This document shows positions 38,089 to 48,523 of a stretch of DNA of 64,000 nucleotides, piece by piece. Both the position numbers and the translations under genes were made by a program. Origin of the DNA: Takakia lepidozioides (Eukaryota; Plantae; Bryophyta); the NCBI GenBank assembly GCA_030704615.1, contig CM060733.1:49724001-49788000 (forward strand). Direction: 5' to 3'. The stretch's first letter is position 1. Every line of letters begins with the position of its first letter. The notes under the pieces are model-generated. The model was not told the DNA's origin. It did no database searches and saw nothing but the letters and a program-made list of their open reading frames with translations.

Positions 38089-38752
38089 TTACCTGTGAGC
38101 ATCAGGGTTTACAAACGTTGACTTCTGGGCGTCCGCCGCTGCATAAACAGCAAAACAAAAGTTATTTGTGAAGATACTGAGGATATGCCATCGTTACTGA
38201 AAAGCTGTGAGTATAAGAGAGGACGACAAATAAGACTTGATGTAACATCCAGTAGCATACAGGACAGGTGTGAGGGACTGAGAGATGTACTATTTGACAG
38301 TTTTAGGAGAAGTGCTATGTTTACGACATGGTCCTACTGAACCTCACACAGCTGGTTCTTGGATATCAGGGATCTAAACTTCGCCTGAAAACGACACATT
38401 AGCTCTGCAGAACCAGCAACAATCCGTTGCAGAATTGTCTGGTCTAGCTCTCACTTCAAACTTGAGGGCCTGATGATACTCCAACACTAAATCTACAGTT
38501 CCCCATAGTGCAGATTGAGCATACATGCCTGTAATTATACTCACAGGACGAAGGTTGGGAGCATGGAACCTCAAATTGGAGGTCAGAAATCGATCACAAC
38601 AAGAGAGAAGGATGCTTACAATCGAGGCTCGTGGTCAGCTTGTAGATAAGGGCAAGAGTGACACCGAAGCCAACCACGAAAGGCCAGTTCCTCCGCGCCT
38701 CAGATAATGCCACCTCCAACACCGGCCTCCCTACCACGGGCGTGGGAGCCAT
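38089..38752 (-). CDS. Mitochondrial F1Fo ATP synthase 6-kDa subunit (plant-specific), ~60 aa. Exons: 38752-38620, 38138-38089
   Basis: MAPTPVVGRPVLEVALSEARRNWPFVVGFGVTLALIYKLTTSLD|SADAQKSTFVNPDAHR* matches the family signature RNWPF.VGF.VT..LI.K....L...DA..S.FV. The last codons overlap a possible donor (cag|gtaac), so the C-terminus may differ. Confidence 0.8.
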
Positions 38753-39361
38753 GGCCGCTTCTTCTCTCACCACAACTGAACCCTTGCAAACACACAACAC
38801 TCTCTGCCATGGCGATGGCGATCCTCTCAAACCCTCTCCTCCCTTCTTGCACCTTCGCAAACCTTCCTTTATTTCTCCTGCTTAACCCCTAAAGGACTAA
38901 CCCCAAATTTTGGGTCCACCCCCAAAAAATTAACCCTTCCCCACTAAATAATTTATTTCTTGAGGTTTCCTCAGGCCCTGTAAAACTGACCGTTGGGGGG
39001 TCAAATTTCCCAATTTCAAACGGGCAACCACAAAACCGTATTAGAAAATTCGGTGAAAATATCTGAACCGTTGAATTGTCAATCGCTCTGGTTGCACTGT
39101 AGTGGGCAGGTTTGTGTAAGCACAAAAAAACGTTTGCGCCAATCAGAGCTTCCCTTCATATGATTTGTGCCCCTGCCCATGACTTCTCTATGGCACCTAC
39201 CGTCCCTGGACAACGGATTAGGCGATAATTAATTCAAAATGAAAGTGCCTAATCAATTTTGTGAATTTTTCAGATTTTTCATATTTTTCAGATTTATGGG
39301 ACCAAAGTGCCTAATGCCCAAAAATTCCACCAATGTTGTTTGGAAAAATAAGAAAGCTCCG

Positions 39362-39492
39362 TGAAGATAAGACGGACCAGGTGTCAAACTAAACTTGACA
39401 CCTGATTTAACACTTGACCTAAATCCAAGTGTTAAATACAAACAACTAGTTTTATGCTAGTTGTTTTCACACTGTGCTTATTTAACTTGACA
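39362..39492 (-). repeat. 3' terminal repeat core (131 bp, TG...CA); the full 3' LTR probably starts at 39579
   Basis: Identical to 50714-50844. The PPT-like tract lies 87 bp further inside, directly before TGTGGTAG. Confidence 0.85.
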
Positions 39493-39838
39493 GCTGTCGT
39501 GCGCATACATATCGCTACACAACTACATCGCTGTCCAAACCACATCACACATATATGCACAATAAAGTAGTCTACCACAATCGCCCCCCTAGCTGGTGGA
39601 TAGGTCCCTCTACCTCCAGATAGCTACAAGACGTAATAGCCATAGCCGTACTAAGTCTTGTATCACTGTCCCTATCGTACTCAAACTCTATAGACCAAGA
39701 GGCCGGGTACAAGAGTAGCCCCATCGTTAGTCGCCGTCTTGCAATCTGTGAACTTGAGCCAGGACTTCGTGTATTCAAGGTCTCCTGTAGCTGGGCCTTG
39801 CGTTGCTTGTTAGTCTCCCATGGTTGTATCCACTCCCA

Positions 39839-41110
39839 CTATCCAATGCATTGTGGACATAACCAATCCCCATCTGGAACCATCTCAAGAAGTGGAGTCA
39901 AGCACCCCATATGCCAACCTCTAGAGCATCGATCCCACATCAGCATGGTGGCTGCCCCTTTAGCAGACCCACACAACATGCACCTCAAACCTGCAGATAC
40001 CACTGTCAGGTTTGGGTCAATCCTGCCATCGACATTCGGAAGGTGACATGGCGCACAATTACGCACATGGTCCTTCCAAGTTATCCCATCCCGACCCTCC
40101 AAGACCAAGACGCCTGAGGGCAAGACCTCTCGAACCCTCAAAATAACACGTCCTGCAGTCACATCCAGGGTCGTAGGAGCAGTCTGCTGCAGATAGACAT
40201 AGTCACCAGGGTTGAATCTCCGAACCCCAGGACGATAGCCCCCACCACGTATGGTAGCATACCTCAACGTATCACGGTGTTGTGCAATGGCAAGGTTCTC
40301 GAAAGCCATGGGCATGACTCTCTTGAACAACTCTGCACGCTGCTCACATGCACATGCCCACACGTCCGGATCGTCAAGGTTAAGAACTGTAGCAGCTTCT
40401 CTGCGAATGGATGTAGGCAAATCCGGCTCTCGGCCAAAGAGAAGAAAGTATGGTGAGAAGGAGGCAAGTGATGCTTGCTTGCTGAACCTGTAGCCCATGG
40501 CTAACCAGGGTAACTGAAGGTCCCAATCTCCTAGGTGTCCCTTCTGCAAGCCATACTTGCGCAAACCCCTCTTTACTGTCTGAACAACTCTCTCTGCCAA
40601 GCCATCGGCCTCAGGATGATCCGGAGAAGTGGTGCGGTGGTCTATCAAGGCCTTGTCACACAAAGCCTGAAACTCCCCCAAGAACTCTCTCCCTTGGTCC
40701 GTGAGTACCTCAGCCGGAGCACCGAATCGGCTAAGCACACAATCCAAGAATGCATACGCAGCTCCCTCACTAGCCTTATCAGGCAATGGAACCAATTCAA
40801 TCCACTTGGAGAAGTGCTCCACCATCACCAACACGTACTTGTTGTGGCGCATGATCAGTGGCAACGGCCCTGCGAAGTCAAGACTCCACCTGTAGCCAAT
40901 CCCATGATCGGAAGAGGGTGCAATTGTGGAGTAGGGGCGTTGAATGAAGCACGCACCCTGTCACACACCATGCACCTAGCCACAAATTGTTGGACCTCTG
41001 TGTGCATTCCACGCCACCAATACTGCCCCTGCAGTAGGCTATGGGTGCGTCGCACCCCAAAATGCCCCAACTCCTCGTGGGCATGCCGCACTAACCGTGC
41101 CCGCTGTGTT
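39839..41110 (-). pseudogene. Integrase (HHCC, DDE core) with C-terminal PHD finger; one frameshift near 40880
   Basis: HEELGHFG...CMVC; LDFAG, LTDQGREF, AERVVQTVK; FNPGDYVYL; then CMLC...WDRC...WHMGC...WLCPQC (C4HC3 with the third Cys changed to Trp). Confidence 0.9.
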
Positions 41111-42813
41111 GGGTGAGGCACAATCCTCACTCGACCATCCTCCCACACTCGGAGCAGGTGTGTCCCCTCCCACTTGAACCTCTTGGCTCGTTGTAGGATC
41201 CGATCCCTCTCCTTGGCAGTCACAGTGGCTGCCGTGTCTCCACTGCGGAGGTAGTCCAACACAACTGAATCCTCATGTATATCTTTGGCGCCACCCTGCT
41301 CATTGCTGGCCTCAGGGTCCTCAGACACTTGATCTACAGTCATCCCTGTTGTAGGTCCAACCTGGCCTTCCGCTGCCAAGATACACAGAAATGCAGATGC
41401 ATGCCATCCGGGCACCATCTCCTCGTCCGTCTCACCATGCCACCGAGCTCCAGTGTCATCCTGCTGGCTCGTGCATGGATTGCGACTCAACCCATCTGCA
41501 TTTCGATTGACCAAACCCGGTCGATGCACCACCTGAAAGTCATACTCTTGAAGGATGAGTGCCCACCGTGCAAGCTTCCCCGTAAGCTTGTCTGACTCCA
41601 TCAACCACTTGAGTGGTTGGTGATCCGTGACAAGGGTGAAGAGATTGTCGTATAAATAGCACCTGAAGTGTGCCACGGCCCACACTGCAGCTAAGCATTC
41701 TCCCTCATATGAGCTATACTTAGACTCTGCAGCATTGTTCAAGCGGCTAGCATAAGCCACTACGAACTCTCTTCCCTCATCATCCACCTGTGTGAGCACC
41801 GCTCCAAGCCCCAGCATGCTCCAATCTGTATGCAGCTGAAAAGGACGCCCACTGATAGGTCGTCTCAAGATGGGCGCCGAGGTCAACCTCGCCTTGAGCT
41901 CTTGAAAAGCTTGTTCTTGCTCATCTTCCCACTGCCACTCCTGGTCCACCTTGGTCAGCTTGGTTAGAGCCTTTGCAATGGCACTAAATCCCTTAACAAA
42001 CCGTCTGTAATAGTTTGCTAACCCCATGAAAGCTCGAACTCGGCTCACATCCGTGGGGCGTGGAACCTGTGCAATGGACTCTACCTTAGTCTGCTGTACC
42101 CCCAATCCTCCAGGATATATCATGTGACCCAGATACTCAATCTGGTTGTGGAAAAACTTGCACTTGCCCGGATGTAACTTCAATCCGTGCGTCCTCAAGC
42201 GCTCAAATACCCCCTGAAGGTGTCTCTCATGCTCCTCCACCGTAGCACTAAAGATGATGATGTCATCTATGTAGCACCGAGCAAACTCCACCCCTGCTAG
42301 AATCCTGTCCATGACTCTTTGAAACTGAGCGGGGGCGTTTTTAAGCCCAAATGGTAAGAACCGCCACTGGTATAGGCAATCCTTCCCGTGCTCATTGATC
42401 CCCCAGAATGCCGTCTTTTGCTTATCCGCCTCATTGATCGGCAACTGGTGATATCCGGATCGTAAATCCAACGTGCTAAAGACCTTGGAATGCCCAATGG
42501 CATCAAAGATCTCCTCTGGTGTTGGCATGGCATACCTATCGGACTTGGTCTGACGATTTACAGGCCGGTAATCACCGCACATACGTCTCTCCGTCCAATT
42601 GCCATAGACATCCTTCTTAGCTGACATCACTGTGGCTGAAGCATACTCTCCACCAGAGAGCTCCACCAAACCTGCCTCCCAGAGATCTTGAGTCCTCATC
42701 TGAATCAAAGACCTCTCCATGTCACTGTATCTATAGGGTCTCCGAAAGATTGGCGTGTCAGTGGCCAACTCAATACGGATCTCTTGACCCTTCAGTGCTC
42801 CCAAGTCCTTCAA
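41110..42813 (-). CDS. Gypsy reverse transcriptase + RNase H (open part of ORF 40855..42813)
   Basis: RMCGDYRPVN, LDLRSGYHQL, PFGLKNAP, YIDDI, YLGH, LHTDWS, YSSYEGECLA, TDHQPL, NADGLSR. Confidence 0.95.
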
Positions 42814-43284
42814 ACTGAAGGCAAAGCAATTCCTGTAAGCCCTCAGGAACCGCCGTATATGTCGTCTCTCTCCTCCGGTGACAATGGGTCCAATGTCAGG
42901 CTCCCAATTGTCCTCCGTAACTGCAACCTTAAGTCCAGTGGGCTTAGAGGTAGAGGACGCGTCCCGTGGTTGCTATGCTGCAACCTCTTGAGCAGTACCC
43001 CCTTCCTGCTCAGTCAATGACAAGGCCTCATCCTGCCCCATCATCTCATCATTGAGAACCTCCTCATCCCGAGAAGAATCCCCAACCTCATCCATCACAG
43101 CTGTCTTCGCTGCCAACTCCCTCTGAACCTCGAGCACCTCCCACATGTGCCATGGATGTCTACACCTCGTGGTCCTCACCGGCTCGCCCCCACTCGCTGC
43201 CTGTACCGTCTCGGTAGGCAGAGAGACCGTCAAGGGAAGTGCACTCCGCACTCTACGTTGCTCAGCCATAGCCAAGCTGACAAT

Positions 43285-44225
43285 CCAGGTCAAGCAATTG
43301 AGATCCATTGCTTGCCCCAACACCTGACGACGTGATGCCTCAGAAAGAGAAGGCACCGCCGTGGTCCCAGTGGAAAACCCCATAGCCCGCTCTCGCTCGT
43401 CGGCATTAGGCTCCACTAACTGCTGCAACTGAGCATCCCACAGGAGGCCAGGTCCACCATCCCGAAAAGCATGGGATCCTGGGAAGCTGAGCAGTGTAGG
43501 TAATGCTGCTCGTGGTTGACCCACCCTGTTGACCACTGCCAAAGGCGAACGGTCATCGTGTCTCACACATTGAGACTGCCTTCCTGTGTCCAAAATGCCA
43601 TCCACGGTGAGGTGTGCTGGCCGCTGCACCCCATCAAATGCACGCTTGAGCAGTGCGGGTGGCATCAAGTTAGTCCACCATAGTCGTGGACGATGAGCCC
43701 GTGACCCCACTGCAGCTGCATCCAGCAACACTGCTGACCCAAGCCACGACCGGACTTGATGCACACTGGCCATCACCCTGGCCCGAGAATCACCCATCAG
43801 TGGTACATTCTCCAAGATGTATGCTGGAGATACAGCTTGATGAAGCTGCAAGCAGCGCAAAATCCGCACCATCTCCCAAAACAGACCCGTCCTCGAGTCT
43901 CGCAATCCATTGCCATGCCCGGCTGATGAATGCTCTTGGCAGGGCCAACCTGCCACTATCAGATCAATGGAGCCAACCTGCTCCAAATTTTGCGCCCCCA
44001 ACAAGGAATTGTCTGCTGGCAAGGCTTGTTGGTATCCACGAACTGCAGACACAGGCAACAAGTCAGGGTACTGCTGTACCAACTGAGCCACATGGCGCAG
44101 TGAGACGCGTCGTGCAGTCTCATCCCTCTCCACATACAGGTAACGCCTTACCCGCAACCTGCCTGTAGCACAGCAGCCAATCCGGTGCTGATCCCGCCAA
44201 ACAAGTCCAGAAGGCAAATGCCTTC
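43285..44225 (-). pseudogene. C5 DNA-cytosine methyltransferase domain inside the retrotransposon polyprotein; one frameshift at ~44155
   Basis: Motif I LLDLFGGISTG; II YLYVERD; IV DLIVAGWPCQ (catalytic Cys); VI YILENV; VIII AHRPRLWWTN; IX ERERAMGF; X RQVLGQA. Confidence 0.92.
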
Positions 44226-44776
44226 ATCCGGCCGCTGCCACACAAGAGGTGTGGTGTCCAATGGCGACAACTGAGGTGGCCCTGGTGCAATCACCGCACT
44301 CTCCTCCTCTCCTGACGGTACAAAAGCTTCTTCCCAAGCTTGTTGCACCCGTCCATCAGCAGCTTGCTGCAAATCCTTGCTCGTACCCCACAACGGGGTG
44401 TGAGCAACCATGGCAGGCAACTCCGCCGTACCATGCATGTCATCCTGCTCTGCTGGAGGTGGCACATCCTCTGCATGGGCATTGCCTTCCAGCAACTCTC
44501 CAGGCCAACTAACGCAGCTGTGAAGGCGGCTAGTGTTGGCATCTTGCCCCGCTGGGCAGCTGCAATACCCCCAATGAATGTCACAGGGAGTGTGCACGGC
44601 GACCATCCCCTGACTGCCATCCAGGCCTGTAGGATGCTGACTCCTCCCAGAAATCCAGGGTGAAGCCCATGGGGTATAACACTGCCCCACCAACGAGGAC
44701 ATCGTAAGAGACCGCGTCTGTCACAATGGCCTTGGCTCGCATCACTGAGCCATCTACAGGATGATCCGGCTGCAGT

Positions 44777-45142
44777 CTAATAGCCCAACTGATGCCGTGT
44801 CATGCCGCGAGCCTGCTCTGATCCTCCCAGAGATGTCTGTATCTGGAAAGGACAAGGCTCCATATCCGCCTCCATGAGGCCCAAACCTGCAATAGCAGCT
44901 CTGCCCAACATCAGTGGCTGAGCTCCTGAGTCCAACAAGACCCGCAGTGGCCGGTACTTCTTGCCTACCGGTCCACTCAAAGTGAAAATGCCTCTCTGGT
45001 TGTCTAACAAGACAACTCCAGGTGTCACCATGGCGCGCTCAATGGCTGGCCTAGCTGGCAGCTCCGTCAACCTGGCAGCTGCAACTTGCCATGGCGCAGC
45101 CGTGGCAGTCTTGACCCTCAAATCCGAGGATCCCTCTGCCAC
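44777..45142 (-). pseudogene. Retroviral-type aspartic protease
   Basis: RVLLDSGAQPLM catalytic motif downstream of gag. Confidence 0.85.
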
Positions 45143-45148
45143 TACACC

Positions 45149-47170
45149 TTACACTAACTCCGCAGAAGATGAAGTGACCTCCCCACTCTCACAGAGTGTT
45201 GCTGCTAGTCTGAACACTGCAGCTGGTCTCACCCCCGGCGTCGCAATCATTGTTGCCGAGAACAGTGGGGCCTGACACACAGAGGTGGCTGCCCCCAATA
45301 ACACACCGGCCGCACTAGCCTTGGCAGCAGGAGTCAATGCTGCACGTGTAGCTCTCCCCAATGGCACAGTAACCTCCGCCTCGGTAACAGTCGGGCGAGA
45401 ACTAGGTGCCATGGATGGCGTCGACACAGTCTCCGCCAATGTGAATGACTGAGGAAGCCTTGCCTGACGGCTTGCCTCCCACGTTGTGGATCCAATTCCA
45501 CCTCTGCACCTCGTGGCTCAGGAACTCGTGCTGCTCCTCGAGTCACGGCTGCAGCAGACTCCACCTGCTCTAGTGGTAGTGCTGCTCCGCACATAAATCC
45601 CATGCCTCCCATATCTCCTCCCTCAGGAGCAGGAGGTGGACCATCCCACCTGGGAGCCGGTACCACCTGAGCTATAGCCATGGCAGCGAGCCTTTGCTCT
45701 AGCTGCTGAAGCCGGTTGGCCATGCCTTGATCAACGCCCTGACCTCCGCGTCCTTGGCCATGTTGAGCTTGCCTTGGCCTGCACCTCGTGCCCGACCACC
45801 TCGTCCTCTCTGGGCTGGTCCACCTCGCCCCCGGCCACCATTGTTCCCTTGGAACTGGCCTGGGCGCAACTCAGGATGCAAGTCATAACACTGGGCATCT
45901 CCATGCCCATACTTGCCACAATGCCCACATTGCAACTGTGCAGGCTGTGCTTGTGCCGGCCTTCTGCCACTCTCTGGGCAATCTCTCTTGACATGGGGTC
46001 CTCCACATGTCCAACATATCACCCCTGGTTGCTGTTGGCCTGCAAAAGATGCCACGGGCCTCTGCACCTGAGGCCCCCTGTAAGCTCCATGGAACTTGGG
46101 CTGGGCAACCTTGCCCCCCTGACCACGCTGTTGGGCAGTCCCTTGTGCTTGTGGGCTGACAGCTGTGCCCCGTACATGCATGTCCTTGCCAAATCCAATT
46201 GTAACAACTCGCTCCTCCACCATGTTGAGCTCAATCCGCTCAGCCAGCAGAAACACATCTGCTAATGTGGGTTGGGCTGCTTGTAACAGGGTTGCATCTC
46301 GCACCCTTCTCTTGAGCTCCTTGTCCAGAATTCCATACCAAAACTGGATTGCCTGAGCTTCAGTAACCCCTTGGGTCACACTTATCAAGCGCCTCATACG
46401 AGTGTACGCCTCTCGCAGGCTCTCACTGGGTTTGCGCTGGAAGTCTTGCAAACTTCGCAGCTTCTCTGTCCGTACACCTTGGTAGTTCCTCCGCAACTCC
46501 TGGAAGAACTCCACCACCGGGTTGAATCTAGGCACATGTGTTGTAGTTGTGGCAGGAGGAGTAGTAGCACCTTTTGAACTGGTACCACCTGCAGAATACC
46601 AGCACTACCTGCTCCACTACTAGTGCTGGCAGTGGGAGCTATTGGTACTGATGCAGCTACTGGTCGCGTCGTGCCTCGAGTAATGGAGATGTAGTCAGGT
46701 GACCAATACATCCTCCACTCCTCAATCTCTGCTTCATGTCCTCGCCTGAACTCGTGGTAATCGTCCATAGGCGGGCCTTCCAAATGCTGGAACAGTTCCT
46801 TCCACGCCATGAATGGGGTGAATAGCTGTGGATTGCGCATCTGCTGCAAATCACACCAGCTGTCGAACTCCTGGATAAAGTCATCCAACTCGATTGTGCC
46901 CACAGCTCCAGAGTACCTACGAGGCCCCTTGGTAGCTCCATACATCTCCTCCATGTCGTCCCACAACAATGGCGAATGAAAGTGCACACCTGTTGATGAA
47001 GCCTCCGAGTCTGTGTCTGACTCTACAGTAATTGAGGGTGGCGGTGAAGGTGGTCTGAACCGAATACCTCGTCTTGTGAACCCACTCTCACTGTTACTGC
47101 CTGTAGCCGTACTCCCCTCACCACCCTTGGGTAACTCCGTAATGACACTCACAATGTGCACCTCCTCCAC
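45149..47170 (-). pseudogene. Gag (capsid-like region and two zinc knuckles), frameshifted
   Basis: YSG....LDDFIQEFDSWC; LQDFQRKPSESLREAYTR; CWTCGGPHVKRDC and CGHCGKYGHGDAQC knuckles; RG-rich tail. Confidence 0.85.
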
Positions 47171-47689
47171 GTGACACTATAAGGCTCTAGTACTAATCTA
47201 ATAGTGACACGGGTGGGCACCTGTTGCAGTTTAAGGGTCATATCCCAATGGCTCAGGGCACCTGCACCTGCATCCACCGCAAGAACTCCTATGGTTGGCT
47301 GGTCATCAACCCAGCCTCACCATAGAAGAAACACTGGTGGTCTTGCTGGTCATCACTCCAGCCTCACCACCGACAGCATACTCTAGGATTGACCGGTGAT
47401 CAAATCCGGCCTAATCCCTATGAAAGCAAGCGCCCACACAAAACCAACATGGCGCACAGTCAAGCATGCAGGTGTTGGGGGGGATCCAAACACAAGAAAT
47501 CAAAACATCAACACCCCCACACCAAAATCCAGCTGCAATGCTGATCCTGCAGAATATCCCAGCCCAAAACCCCGGACTGACTGGCCTCTACCAAGAGAGG
47601 CTTTGGCAACTACAAGTACAAGGTAATGAAAATAGTACAGAGATGGAGGGAAAGAATAGAAGCCCGACCAAGCAAGATCTAATCCTGAT

Positions 47690-48523
47690 CTATGCTATCA
47701 ACTGCCAGACTTCTCTCAAAGTGCCTCGCTCTGCATGATGGTAAGGTGTAGGAGGTATATCTATGTCCAGAAACCTGCCACTAACCTTGTCCCAAGCTAC
47801 AGTAGCTCGCTCTAACCAACCCTCCTCCTCTTTCTGCCAGGTAGAGACAAAGCAATACTCCCCTATCTCCCACTCACTGAACACTAAAGAAAACAAAGGT
47901 AGGGTCTGATAGTCTCTCAACTCGAAAGCTTTGAGACGGTTGCGGGTGTCCTCATTGCGAATGACTGCATCTCCTTCACGCACAACAAACATGTCATTGC
48001 TGATGAACCCCCGCTCGTGGTTGCCCTGTGCAGAGCGTATCCGGCTGCAACCATGTCTGATTGCACAAACTTGTGTAGCTCCTGCTCCTCTGCTCCAGTA
48101 CACCACGGCCTTGTGACTGAACACCTTGGTCCCCGGGGCTGTCTTTGGCTGTGTTCCAAGCCTAGCTTTCACCCACTTTGGTATTTCACCTACAGCTGCA
48201 GAAACTGCTGGCTCCAACAGAGTTCTGACTGTCCAAGGCGATATTGAGGCCCTCAATGCCAACTACAGCAGTTTGTTGTCTACTGCTAATGCCTGACTCC
48301 CAGTATGCAATCAACTCGTCCAACTGTTCTCCACTCAAATCAGTCTGAGTTCCTTGGGAAACATAAATCTTGTCCCATTTGGTGCACAGGCTAAGAGAAG
48401 AGACCTGCCCTTCAACGACGTCATCATTTCCCCCAGCCATACAAGGAGTACATCCACAGATTTGTCTCTAATATAGACCAGCACAGGTTCTAGAGACAGG
48501 ATTGTGGATCTTTCATGGCACAC
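47690..48523 (-). other. Unidentified accessory ORF upstream of gag; the last 190 codons are open, the 5' part is interrupted
   Basis: ORFs 48335..48523 and 47690..48262 are in the same frame and separated by stops. Composition looks globular. No family recognised. Confidence 0.4.

Noticed and set aside
40535-41595. Plus-strand ORFs of 193 aa and 106 aa, and other antisense ORFs over pol
   Set aside because: Shadow frames of the GC-rich retrotransposon coding strand, with no motifs.
43285-44225. The DNMT as a host DRM/CMT/DNMT3 gene or a bacterial contaminant
   Set aside because: It is intronless, collinear and co-oriented between protease and RT inside the terminal repeats, and the flanks carry spliced plant genes.
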